Assembly (NCBI GenBank): GCA_944387125.1
Contig: CALXDT010000105.1
Coordinates: forward strand, 220 to 64,219
Length of the DNA stretch: 64,000 bases
Reading direction: 5' to 3'
DNA from: an uncultured Oscillospiraceae bacterium
GTDB lineage: Bacteria > Bacillota > Clostridia > Oscillospirales > Oscillospiraceae
Shown here in pieces: positions 51,570-60,566 of the stretch. A program made the position numbers and the translations under genes. The notes below the pieces were generated by a model that was not told where the DNA came from, did not search any database, and worked only from the letters and a program-made list of their open reading frames with translations. The first letter of the stretch is position 1. Each line of letters opens with the position of its first letter.

Positions 51570-52164
51570 GGCAAAAAATCTCTGGTTCCGGTATGACCGG
51601 AGCCAGCCCTGGATTCTGGAAAATCGGAATCTGACCCTGGAACGGGGAGAGCGGGTGGCGCTGTTTGCCCCCAGCGGCTATGGAAAGAGCACCCTGTCCC
51701 TGCTGCTGGCGGGCTATTTGCAGCCCAGCCGGGGACAGGTGCTGCTGGAGGGCGCCCCTCTGCCCAGACGCGGCGTCTGCCCGGTGCAGCTGATCTACCA
51801 GCACCCGGAAAAGGCCATCAATCCCCGCTGGCGGCTGAAAAAGGTGCTGGAGGAAAGCGGAAAGCTGGACGAACAAGTGCTGGACGCCTTCGGCATTGAA
51901 AGCGCCTGGCTGGATCGGTTCCCCCGGGAGCTGTCCGGAGGGGAGCTGCAGCGGTTCTGTTTGGCCCGGGCGCTGATGAGCGGGGCGGACTATCTGATCT
52001 GCGACGAGATCAGCACCATGCTGGACGTGATCACCCAGGCGCAGATCTGGAACGTGGTTTTGGAACAGGCGGAAAAACGGAATATGGCCATTCTGGCAGT
52101 GACCCACAATCAGAACCTGGCCCGGCGGATCTGCAGCCGGGTGGTGGATCTGTCCCGGGAATAA
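51559..52164 (+). CDS. Short ABC ATPase (NikE-like)
   Basis: APSGYGKST, LSGGELQR, CDE. Confidence 0.88.
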   Translation: MALEAKNLWFRYDRSQPWILENRNLTLERGERVALFAPSGYGKSTLSLLLAGYLQPSRGQVLLEGAPLPRRGVCPVQLIYQHPEKAINPRWRLKKVLEESGKLDEQVLDAFGIESAWLDRFPRELSGGELQRFCLARALMSGADYLICDEISTMLDVITQAQIWNVVLEQAEKRNMAILAVTHNQNLARRICSRVVDLSRE

Positions 52165-52168
52165 GCAA

Positions 52169-52206
52169 CCGCCGCACCCCCAAAGGGAGTGCGGCGGTAT
52201 TTTTTG
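52169..52206 (+). terminator. Terminator of ABC operon
   Basis: CCGCCGCAC-CCC/GGG-GTGCGGCGG plus T-run. Confidence 0.8.
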
Positions 52207-52216
52207 AAGATCCGGA

Positions 52217-53728
52217 TCAGACCAGGTCGGCAAGACCCAGGGAGATGCTCTGGTAGGAGACTTCCATGGGGTGCTCTTCCAGAAGGGTCTGGAGCATCTG
52301 GCTGGTCTGCTCGTTGTGCCAGTCGCTTTCGGTGTAGTAGCGCCACATGGGGCGGCTTTCCACAAAGTACATGACGTGATAGCCGTATTCGGTTTTGACC
52401 AGACCGTAGTCTCCGGGACGGCGGCTTTCGTCAAAGCACCAGCTGTCAAAGGCCTCTACCATCTGACCGGTGTAGACGTTTTCATACAGGCCGCCGTTGG
52501 TATTGGAGCCGCCGTCCTGGGAGTGCTGATTGGCCAGTTCGGCGAAGCGCTCCTCGGTTTTATCCCCGGCCAGCCAGGTATCCAGAACCTCCTGAGCCTT
52601 GGCTTCACAGGCAGCCCACTCTTCCTGCGAGTAGGTGGTCACACCGTCTTCTCCTGTGGTGCCCCCTTCGGTGGTGATCAGAATGTGCCGCACATCCACC
52701 AGCAGGGCGTCCTTGGTAATGTTATTGGAAAGATAGTCCTCCTCATGGAGGGCGTAGAAGTCCTCCAGCTCCTGCTCCGTGGGAACCATCTGCTCCACCT
52801 GGTGCTCAAAGAACGCAAGCCCCTGGTGATACAGCTCCTGGTACCGGATAAATTCCGGCAGACCCGCGCCGGTGCCCACGTTTTTGATCATCAGCTCCTC
52901 CAGGGTCATGCCGTTGCTTTCGGCAGTCTGGGTAAGGGTCTGCTCCAGACCGTCCAGATAGACCTGATCCTCCGGGGAAATTTCCAGACCCGCCTCCTGG
53001 GCTTCCATGGCCATGGCCTGGATCTGCTGCCAGTTGCGCAGGGCGTTTTCCAGGAAGAACTGCTGCCAGGTGTTGTAGCCCTCCTCCATGGGAATCTGGG
53101 TGTCCAGGGGCTGGGTGTAGTCCAGACCGAAGTAGGGGGCGTAAGCGCCGTAGCTGTTCAGGAAATTGTACACCTGCATCCAGTAGTAGACCTGCAGCTG
53201 GCTGTTGGTCAGCTGGGCGCCGTCCATGGTGGCCACCACCGTATCGGCGTTGGCCTTGACCTCCGCGTCGGTGACGGTGTAGGTGCCCTTGCAGGTTACG
53301 TCGTCAGGGTTGCCGTCGGCGGGGACAGTGGCGGGGACGGTTTCCACCGCTTCCGTGGAGGCTTCCGTGGGGGCTTCCGTGGGCGCGGCCGAGAGGCTTT
53401 CCTTGTCCTGAAGCCCTGCCAGCACCAGTGCCACCAGCACCGCGATCAGCACCACCACCGCCGCAATGGCCATGGCCAGCTTGCCGGGCGTTACGGACTT
53501 TGCGGCGGGAGATGCTTCGGCGGCAGGAGCCGCTTCCCCGGGAACCGGTTCCCGGGCGGGAGCCTCCGGCATTTCCCCAACGGCGGATGCTTCCTCCGGG
53601 AGGGGCTGCCCAGCAGAGGGATCCTCCTGGGCGGGCGCCTCCGGGTGTTCTTCCTGGGATTTTCCGCAGACGGGACAGAACAGAAAATCCTCTTCCATCT
53701 CCGCCTGACAAAACTTGCATTGTTTCAT
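52217..53728 (-). CDS. PrsA-like parvulin PPIase with N-terminal zinc ribbon and TM anchor
   Basis: CKFC..CPVC, one TM helix, VRHILI, FAELA..HSQD..S..NGG, TEYGYHV. Confidence 0.88.
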   Translation of the reverse strand: MKQCKFCQAEMEEDFLFCPVCGKSQEEHPEAPAQEDPSAGQPLPEEASAVGEMPEAPAREPVPGEAAPAAEASPAAKSVTPGKLAMAIAAVVVLIAVLVALVLAGLQDKESLSAAPTEAPTEASTEAVETVPATVPADGNPDDVTCKGTYTVTDAEVKANADTVVATMDGAQLTNSQLQVYYWMQVYNFLNSYGAYAPYFGLDYTQPLDTQIPMEEGYNTWQQFFLENALRNWQQIQAMAMEAQEAGLEISPEDQVYLDGLEQTLTQTAESNGMTLEELMIKNVGTGAGLPEFIRYQELYHQGLAFFEHQVEQMVPTEQELEDFYALHEEDYLSNNITKDALLVDVRHILITTEGGTTGEDGVTTYSQEEWAACEAKAQEVLDTWLAGDKTEERFAELANQHSQDGGSNTNGGLYENVYTGQMVEAFDSWCFDESRRPGDYGLVKTEYGYHVMYFVESRPMWRYYTESDWHNEQTSQMLQTLLEEHPMEVSYQSISLGLADLV

Positions 53729-53815
53729 GGGTGTTCCTCGTTTCTTAAAGTGGAATAACGCTGTATATGTTACCACAGTTCCGCGGGAATTGCAACAAAT
53801 TCCGGGCTTCCCGCA

Positions 53816-54349
53816 TCACCGGTTCAGCACCTGCACCTGCAGCCCTTCCAGCACGTCCAGAACCTTTTGGTGGAGAGCCGGGTCAAAGGAGGCGGTGCAG
53901 AGGGCGTCTACCGAGATGGAGGCCTCGGGATAACGGCTCTGGAGCACCACCGCGTTGCTTACCACACAGATGTTGCTCACCAGTCCCACCAGCCGGATCT
54001 CATCCGCCCGGGGAGGAAGCAGGCGGCTGACCGCCGGATCGGACAGATCCATGCCGAAGGACAGCTTGTCGATGCCCACGGCCTCCACTTCCTCCAGAGC
54101 CCGGGCGGTCTCGCCGTACAGCTGCCAGCCGGGCGTGCCTTTGACACAGTGGATCACCGGCAGGTTCCGCCCCTCCCGGGTCTGAAGATAATTTTCAAAA
54201 TGGGTGTCCCGGGTGAAGAAGACCCGCCCCTTGCCGTAGGCGCGCACCGCTTGGGCGATGGCCGGATCCAGCGTTTCCGCGCCGGGAAAGCCCAGGGCGC
54301 CGTCAACAAAGTCCTTCTGATAATCGATAACGAACAAATACCGCTCCAT
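53816..54349 (-). CDS. Isochorismatase/nicotinamidase-family cysteine hydrolase
   Basis: VIDYQKDFV.G.L, DTH, HC, GLVSNICV. Confidence 0.85.
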   Translation of the reverse strand: MERYLFVIDYQKDFVDGALGFPGAETLDPAIAQAVRAYGKGRVFFTRDTHFENYLQTREGRNLPVIHCVKGTPGWQLYGETARALEEVEAVGIDKLSFGMDLSDPAVSRLLPPRADEIRLVGLVSNICVVSNAVVLQSRYPEASISVDALCTASFDPALHQKVLDVLEGLQVQVLNR

Positions 54350-54378
54350 AGCCATACCTCCTGATGTGTTCTGGAACC

Positions 54379-54443
54379 AGAATACCAATCTCCCGGGAAA
54401 AAGTCAAGAAACCATTGAAACCTGCGGCATGATTTGATAAAAT
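54379..54443. promoter_or_regulatory. Divergent SigA promoters
   Basis: Minus strand TTGACT-17-TATTCT; plus strand TTGAAA-17-TAAAAT. Confidence 0.65.
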
Positions 54444-54492
54444 ACTCTCGAACAGAGAGAACGACCCTCCGGGTCGGGAAGGAGGATCTGCC

Positions 54493-55131
54493 ATGAACCA
54501 TGGAATCCTGGTTATTGGCATCGCCGGAGGCTCCGGCAGCGGGAAAACCACCCTGATGAAGCGGCTTATTGATCAGTTCCGGGATCAGGTGACGGTGCTC
54601 AGCCACGACAACTACTATCGCCGTCACGATGAAATGACTTACGAGGAGCGGTGCCGGCTGAACTACGACGAGCCTGGGGCTTTGGAGACGGATCTGATGG
54701 CGCGGCATCTGGATCTTCTGCGCCGGGGCGAGGCGATCCGCTGCCCTGTTTATGACTTTGCCGTTCACAACCGGTCGGACGAGACCATTCTTATTGTACC
54801 CAAGAAAGTGATCATTGTAGAAGGAATTCTGATTTTTGAGAACAAGGCTCTGCGGGATCTGATGGATATCCGGATCTTTGTGGACACCGATGCGGATGTG
54901 CGCCTGTGCCGCCGGATCCGCCGGGACGTGAATAAGCGGGGACGCACCCTGGAAAGCGTGCTGAATCAATACCTGCAGACGGTGAAGCCCATGCACGAGC
55001 AGTATGTGGAGCCCAGCAAGCGCTTCGCGGACATTGTGGTTCCCGAGGGCGGGAAAAATCAGGTGGCGCTGGATATGATCATCGGCCGGATCCGGCATCA
55101 TTTGGAGGAAGCATGCGATACGAGAGCTTGA
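54493..55131 (+). CDS. udk: Uridine kinase
   Basis: IAGGSGSGKTT, VEGIL, RDVNKRGR, VKPMHEQYVEP. Confidence 0.96.
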   Translation: MNHGILVIGIAGGSGSGKTTLMKRLIDQFRDQVTVLSHDNYYRRHDEMTYEERCRLNYDEPGALETDLMARHLDLLRRGEAIRCPVYDFAVHNRSDETILIVPKKVIIVEGILIFENKALRDLMDIRIFVDTDADVRLCRRIRRDVNKRGRTLESVLNQYLQTVKPMHEQYVEPSKRFADIVVPEGGKNQVALDMIIGRIRHHLEEACDTRA

Positions 55132-55736
55132 TTTTTGATATTGACGGAACCCTGTGGGACTCCCGGGCGCTGGTGGCTGAGGGGTATAACCTCCAGCTGG
55201 AGCAGGAGGGGCTGAGCCGCCTGAAAGTGGATGCCCAGCGGCTGCGTTCCCTGTTCGGCAAGACCATGACGGAAATTGCCGACGAGCTATTTCCCTTCCT
55301 GGATCCGGCAGCGCGCTATGGCCTGATGGAGCGGTGCATGGAGCGGGAGAACCGGTTTTTGCGGGAGCAGCCCTGTCAGGTGGGATACCCGCTGGTAAAG
55401 CAGACCCTGGAGGAGCTGGGGAAGAAGCACCGGCTGTTCATCGTCAGCAACAGCCAGAAGGGCTATCCGGAGCTGTGCATGGAAAAGCTGGGGCTGGAGC
55501 ACTGCTTTCAGGGGCATCTCTGCTTCGGAGATACCGGCACCAGCAAGGGCAGGACGATCCGCGCGCTGATGGAGCGCTGGGGGATTGAAAACTGCGCCTA
55601 TGTGGGGGACACCCAGGGAGACTATGAGGCCGCCTCCCAGGCGGGGATCGACTTTATCTGGGCGTCCTACGGCTTTGGCACGCCCCGGGGCTATGCCCGG
55701 AAGATCACAGCCTTTGACCAGCTGCTGGAACTGTAA
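55113..55736 (+). CDS. HAD-family phosphatase
   Basis: FDIDGTL, VSN, YVGDT..D. Confidence 0.9.
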   Translation: MRYESLIFDIDGTLWDSRALVAEGYNLQLEQEGLSRLKVDAQRLRSLFGKTMTEIADELFPFLDPAARYGLMERCMERENRFLREQPCQVGYPLVKQTLEELGKKHRLFIVSNSQKGYPELCMEKLGLEHCFQGHLCFGDTGTSKGRTIRALMERWGIENCAYVGDTQGDYEAASQAGIDFIWASYGFGTPRGYARKITAFDQLLEL

Positions 55737-55776
55737 ACGGGCGGGCGCTGCCCGCTTGATATAAGGAGGTATCACT

Positions 55777-56217
55777 ATGATTGTTTGTGCTTATCGGGAT
55801 CTGGGGCGGTATGCCTCGATCATTCCCGGCCTGGAAGAGGCCATGGCCGCTGTGGAGGCGATGAAAACCTGGACGCCCGGCACCATCCAGCTGTCCGGCG
55901 GCAACCGGATTCTGGTGCAGGAGGGGACGACCAAGGCCGCTTCCGAAAAGCTCTGTGAAGCCCACCGCAATTATCTGGATGTGCAGTACATTGTGGAAGG
56001 GGAGGAAACAGTGGGCTGGGCGCCGCTGGATACCCTGACCCTCCAGGGGGAGTTCAACCAGGAAAAGGATGTGGGCATGTACAGCGGCGCTGTGGACTTT
56101 ATGCGCATCGCCGGGGGATATTGCTACGTGGTCTTCCCGGAAGACGCCCATATGCCCGGGGCGCATCTGGATCAGCCCAAGGCCTTTAAGAAGCTGGTGT
56201 TTAAGCTGAAGGTATGA
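55777..56217 (+). CDS. YhcH/YjgK/YiaL family protein
   Basis: EAHRNYLDVQY...GEE, FPEDAHMP. Confidence 0.9.
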   Translation: MIVCAYRDLGRYASIIPGLEEAMAAVEAMKTWTPGTIQLSGGNRILVQEGTTKAASEKLCEAHRNYLDVQYIVEGEETVGWAPLDTLTLQGEFNQEKDVGMYSGAVDFMRIAGGYCYVVFPEDAHMPGAHLDQPKAFKKLVFKLKV

Positions 56218-57092
56218 GATTTTCGATGAATCCCCATTGCCTGCAATGCCACCTGCGGCGGAATCTGGATCTGGCGTGCACCCTGGGCACCGATGAGCAG
56301 GCCATGGACTTTGCCAGAGATTTGATGGAGCTGTATCTCCGGGCGCCCAGGGAGGTGTCCTCCCCCTGGCTGGCGCCGGAGACGGCGCGGCTGCTGCAAA
56401 AGCACTACGGCCTGGATCTGGATCGGTACCGCCTGGAAAAGGAGGCGTCCAACCGGTTTGTGATGGAGCGGTTTGACCAGCTCCGGGAAAAGGCCGTTCA
56501 GGCGCCGGATCCGGTGCTGGCGGGTCTGCAGCTGGCGATTCTGGGGAACTATCTGGACTTTTCCGCTCTGGGAAAAAATGTCAGCTTTGAAAAGCTGGAT
56601 CAGATGCTGGATGACGCCCTGGGCATGGAGCTGGACGGAGAGGTCTACCGGCAGCTTTGCGGGCAGCTGGAAAAAGGCGGGAAGCTGCTGTACCTGACGG
56701 ACAACGCCGGGGAGATTGGCTTTGACCGGATCTTCGCGGAGATGCTTGCCCAGCGATACCCGCAGATGGCCATCACCTTCTGCGTTCGGGGCGGAAATGC
56801 CCTGAACGACGCCACCCGGGCGGACGCTGCCGCGGTGGGGCTCCCGTTTCCGGTGATCGACAACGGCAACTGCATCCCGGGCACCCAGCTGGATCAGCTG
56901 TCCCTGGAGGCGAAAACCGCCCTGGAGACTGCTGACGTGATCTTTGCCAAGGGCATGGCCAATGTGGAGACCATGTACGGGTGCGGATGGAATGTTTACT
57001 ATGCCTTCCTGGTAAAGTGCCAGCTGTTTGTCCAGCAGTTCGGCAAGCCCCTGCTCACCCCCATGCTGGTGCGGGAATTGCAGAACCCCTGA
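56214..57092 (+). CDS. DUF89/ARMT1-like damage-control phosphatase
   Basis: CxxC N-terminus, GNYLD, DNAGEI..D, NDAT, KGMAN.E. Confidence 0.9.
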   Translation: MRFSMNPHCLQCHLRRNLDLACTLGTDEQAMDFARDLMELYLRAPREVSSPWLAPETARLLQKHYGLDLDRYRLEKEASNRFVMERFDQLREKAVQAPDPVLAGLQLAILGNYLDFSALGKNVSFEKLDQMLDDALGMELDGEVYRQLCGQLEKGGKLLYLTDNAGEIGFDRIFAEMLAQRYPQMAITFCVRGGNALNDATRADAAAVGLPFPVIDNGNCIPGTQLDQLSLEAKTALETADVIFAKGMANVETMYGCGWNVYYAFLVKCQLFVQQFGKPLLTPMLVRELQNP

Positions 57093-57151
57093 GGAATCCA
57101 TTGCCTGCGGCGCGATGCCGGCGCTTGCCTTAAGAGACGCCTGAAAACAAA

Positions 57152-57459
57152 CGGCGCAGCCTCCGAAAGGGGGCTGCGCCGCAGACCGCCGAAAATGCTT
57201 CGCAGAATTTGCCGCTTCAGCGGCAAACAAAATTTGAATCATTTTCCGCCGGGGCGCACCCCAGGGTGGTCTCTCTTGCCCCTTCGGGGCAATTCACCTT
57301 CTGTACCTGGTGGAAAATACATCTCAGGCTGCAAGTGTGCGAGTTGTGCGCCCTGGGAGCACAAGGAGTGCGCGCAGCTTACCTGCAAAAACCTGTCGGA
57401 AAGCCCCAAAGGGGATTTTCGACAGCCAGCGGCGCAGCCTCCGAAAGGGGGCTGCGCCG
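57152..57459. mobile_element. Non-autonomous MITE-like insertion flanked by 30-bp direct repeats
   Basis: Identical CGGCGCAGCCTCCGAAAGGGGGCTGCGCCG at 57152-81 and 57430-59; imperfect 15-bp TIRs abut both copies. Confidence 0.75.
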
Positions 57460-57542
57460 TATTCCTTTGCCCGGGTCCCGGAAAGCGGAAGCCCCGGGGC
57501 GCGTTCCGTCGGCTTCCCTCTTTCCGTCCGGGGGCATATGCG

Positions 57543-57708
57543 TCAGGAAACGCTGCGGAAACCGGCCAGAGGGGACGGCAAGAGATTTTGCCCCGGCTGA
57601 ACGTTGGAAAAGGGGAGGAATCCTGTACGGACTTCCCGCTTTTTCCCATTCAGCCGGGACAAACGATCCGGCATGCTGCCGAAGACGATGGATTCAGAGG
57701 TTCCTTAA
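57543..57708 (+). repeat. Dispersed TIR-bounded element, copy B
   Basis: TCAGGAAACGCTG...TTCAGAGGTTCCTTA; GGAATCCTGTACGGA and CGGCATGCTGCCGAAGACGATGGATT shared with copy A. Confidence 0.75.
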
Positions 57709-58553
57709 AACCTTGCCTGAAGGGCGTCCGCGCCCCGGCGGAGCACCGCTTCCCAGCCGCTCCCAATGGCTTGCCGCAGCAGCGGGATTTCGCTTTGACT
57801 GCCGTGGGGGACGCCCCAGGCTCCGGCGTCGCTGCCCGGAGCCAGAAGCCCGCCCATGGCGGCAAAGGCGGACACATTTTCCAGGGCGGAGTCCAGAATC
57901 CGTGCCACAGCCGCCTCCGGGAAGCGGCCCTTCCCCCGGAGATTGCCAATGGTGGACAGGGTAGGCACCCAGATGGTTCCCGCCGCTCCCATGGCTTCCA
58001 GCGCCCGGGAAGTCAGATACGCCCCGTGCTCCACGGAATCCACCCCCGCCCGGGCGGCGGCTTCCACCGCGGCGTCTCCGTTGGCGTGGGCCATCACCGA
58101 AAGACCTTCCCCATGGGCAACGGCTACCAGCTCCCGGATCTCCTCCGGCGGGAGACTCTCCTGGGTAAGCACGCCGTATTGGTGAAAATCCATGAGGCCG
58201 GAGATCATGATCTTGATGAAGTCCGCTCCGGAATCCCGCTGAGCGGCTGCCAGCGCGGCGTATTCGGCCATATCCCCATAGCTCGTGCCGATGAAGCTGC
58301 CGTAGTGTCCCGCCCGGCACAGGGGGGACAGGGGGGTGCGGTAGGTGATGCCGTAGTCTGCCGCCAGCGCCCGGGCACGCTTTCCCACGCCCCAGCGGTC
58401 GCCCCCGTCCCGAAGGTATGTGACCCCCAGGGAACGGTAGGTTTCCAAAACCCGGCGGATCCACCGGTCATCCGGTCGCTCCCGGTGCCGTGCCAGGGCG
58501 GTTTTCCAGTCGGATCCGTCCAGAACCATGTGTATGTGACAATCCCAAAGCAT
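57705..58553 (-). CDS. Amidohydrolase-superfamily metallohydrolase
   Basis: DCHIH, KIMISG, AHAN, EHG, GSDAG. Confidence 0.85.
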   Translation of the reverse strand: MLWDCHIHMVLDGSDWKTALARHRERPDDRWIRRVLETYRSLGVTYLRDGGDRWGVGKRARALAADYGITYRTPLSPLCRAGHYGSFIGTSYGDMAEYAALAAAQRDSGADFIKIMISGLMDFHQYGVLTQESLPPEEIRELVAVAHGEGLSVMAHANGDAAVEAAARAGVDSVEHGAYLTSRALEAMGAAGTIWVPTLSTIGNLRGKGRFPEAAVARILDSALENVSAFAAMGGLLAPGSDAGAWGVPHGSQSEIPLLRQAIGSGWEAVLRRGADALQARF

Positions 58554-58617
58554 GGGAGAAGCCTCCTTCCGGCAAAAAATCGCCGCCGCAGATTCCTGCG
58601 GCGGCGAAGATGTAACC

Positions 58618-59025
58618 TTACAGATACTGTTTCATAAACTCAGAGGCCTGGGCAGGATCCTGGGAGATGGAAATGGTGATTTCCATATTGTTCTCCGCGG
58701 CGAACTTGGCACACCAAGCGACGAATTCCTCACCGGCGGCGGGGTCGGAGCCGATGGTCTTGTACAGATTGTCGATGAACACATCGGTAATGTCGAAATT
58801 ACCTGCATGCAGGCCGCTCAGGAAGCCCTTCAGCATATCGGGATTGCTGATGGCGTACTCCTTGGAGTTGACCAGGCGAACCTTATAGGAGACATCATAG
58901 GTCAGCTTTCTGCCGTATTCAATACAAACTACGTCGCCGTGCGCGTCCGCAACAGCACTGTTGATCGCGTCGATCAACTTCTTGGTCTTACCGGTGCCCT
59001 TCAGGCCCATGATAATATGAATCAT
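58618..59025 (-). CDS. Small P-loop protein of unknown function
   Basis: MIHIIMGLKGTGKT Walker A; AGGAGG SD; terminator hairpin at about 58573-58607. Confidence 0.75.
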   Translation of the reverse strand: MIHIIMGLKGTGKTKKLIDAINSAVADAHGDVVCIEYGRKLTYDVSYKVRLVNSKEYAISNPDMLKGFLSGLHAGNFDITDVFIDNLYKTIGSDPAAGEEFVAWCAKFAAENNMEITISISQDPAQASEFMKQYL

Positions 59026-59131
59026 CGGAATGTCCTCCTTTGCTTGCCAGTTTTGTGGCTTATGCACATTCTACCAGCAAATGCCGTAATTTGCAATATC
59101 TAATTTGTGAATTTTATAAAAGAAATTTCTT

Positions 59132-59158
59132 TGAAACGCTTTCGGGTCTCAGCCGTCA
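59132..59158 (+). promoter_or_regulatory. ECF (SigW/SigM-like) autoregulatory promoter
   Basis: TGAAAC-N16-CGTCA directly upstream of the sigma gene. Confidence 0.7.
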
Positions 59159-59177
59159 CATGGTTGGAGGTGAATGC

Positions 59178-59669
59178 ATGACGGACTTTGAAGCCATTTA
59201 CAGTACCTATTTCCGGGATGTATACCGGTTTTCCCTGTCTCTTTGCCAGAATGAGAGCCTGGCGGAGGAAGTGACCCAGGAGACCTTCTGCAAGGCCATG
59301 GAGCACCTGGATCGTTTCCGGGGGGATTGCAGCTACTTTGTCTGGCTGTGCCAGATCGCCAAGAATACCTACTATTCCCTGTGCCGGCGGCAAAGGCATA
59401 TGGCTTCAGAGCCGGACGCCCTTTCCAACATCCCCGGGGAGGGAGATCTGGAACAGGCTTTTCTGGACAGGGAGACCGGGAAGCGGCTGCTGCGGCGGCT
59501 GCACCGGCTGAAGGAGCCGTATAAGGAGGTGTTTCTTCTGCGTGTGTTCGGGGAACTGCCCTATGCCCAAATCGGGGAGCTGTTCGGGAAAACGGACAGC
59601 TGGGCGAGACTCATATACTATCGGGCAAAACAGGAGCTATGGAGGGAATTGCGTGATGATAACTTGTGA
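59178..59669 (+). CDS. ECF sigma-70 factor
   Basis: AEEVTQETF, WLCQIAKN, PYKEVF.LR..GEL...IG. Confidence 0.92.
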   Translation: MTDFEAIYSTYFRDVYRFSLSLCQNESLAEEVTQETFCKAMEHLDRFRGDCSYFVWLCQIAKNTYYSLCRRQRHMASEPDALSNIPGEGDLEQAFLDRETGKRLLRRLHRLKEPYKEVFLLRVFGELPYAQIGELFGKTDSWARLIYYRAKQELWRELRDDNL

Positions 59670-60336
59670 TGTGATTCGGGATCTGCTGCCGCTGTACCGG
59701 GATCAAGTATGCAGCGCAGACAGCAGGGAACTGGTGGAAGCGCACCTTGCCGGCTGTGAATGCTGCCGGGAGAAGCTGGCCGTAATGGAAAAGGAGATGG
59801 AACTGCCGCATATCGATCCGGAAAGCAAAAACCTGTTCCAAGCTCTGGAACGGGCATGGAAAAAGCGAAACCGGCAAGCCTTCCGCAAAGGGGTGCTTCT
59901 GTCGATATGGATATTCGCGCTGCTGGCGGGGCTGTTTGTCTTCCTGACCCAGTGGGACGGATACAGCATTCCGGTGGAGAAGATAAGCGTTTCCGATATC
60001 TGCTGTTCGGAGGATTATCTGGTGCGGTTCAACCTGACGGTGGACGATGATGTGAAGCAGATCCTCCACACGCTGACAGAGGATGGCAGCTTCTATATCA
60101 CGCCCCAGCGCTCCCTTATCACGCTGGCGGATTATCGCCACCAGGTCGATTCGCCCGTGGTGCTCTTTCCTCCGGGAACAGAGGTGGCAGCCGTTGCAGG
60201 CACCTGGGGAAGATTCCCGGTGCCGGAAGGCACCAAACGGATCTACGTGGGTCCTGTGGGAAATGGGATCCTGGTCTGGGAGGAAGGCATGGAGCAGTCC
60301 GCCAACCTGGGAGAAGGCGCAGGGACGCCCCAATAG
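59656..60336 (+). CDS. zf-HC2 (ZAS) anti-sigma factor
   Basis: CDVIRDLLPLY, HLAGCECC (HxxxCxxC), one TM helix. Confidence 0.9.
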   Translation: MITCDVIRDLLPLYRDQVCSADSRELVEAHLAGCECCREKLAVMEKEMELPHIDPESKNLFQALERAWKKRNRQAFRKGVLLSIWIFALLAGLFVFLTQWDGYSIPVEKISVSDICCSEDYLVRFNLTVDDDVKQILHTLTEDGSFYITPQRSLITLADYRHQVDSPVVLFPPGTEVAAVAGTWGRFPVPEGTKRIYVGPVGNGILVWEEGMEQSANLGEGAGTPQ

Positions 60337-60516
60337 CATCCGAACCGAAGGCAGCCCCGGAAAACTGCGGGTAAATGCGGATTGCGGGAATACGATCTTG
60401 TTGATGGAAATCAGCCGGAAACGTTCCGTAAAAAGACAAGAAAGGAACACCCCCGGCAGGGGTCGGGGAGCACTCCCGATAAGCAGAAAAAAGAATAACG
60501 CCATGGTAAGCGGAAC

Positions 60517-60547
60517 ACCCTGCAGGATGAGAAATCCTGCAGGGTGC
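60517..60547. terminator. Hairpin between convergent genes
   Basis: CACCCTGCAGGAT/ATCCTGCAGGGTG. Confidence 0.75.
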
Positions 60548-60566
60548 TTCTTATGTTGGGATATGC

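Noticed and set aside
57152-57459. CRISPR array from two 30-bp palindromic repeats
   Set aside because: Only two repeats, a 248-bp interval and no cas genes.
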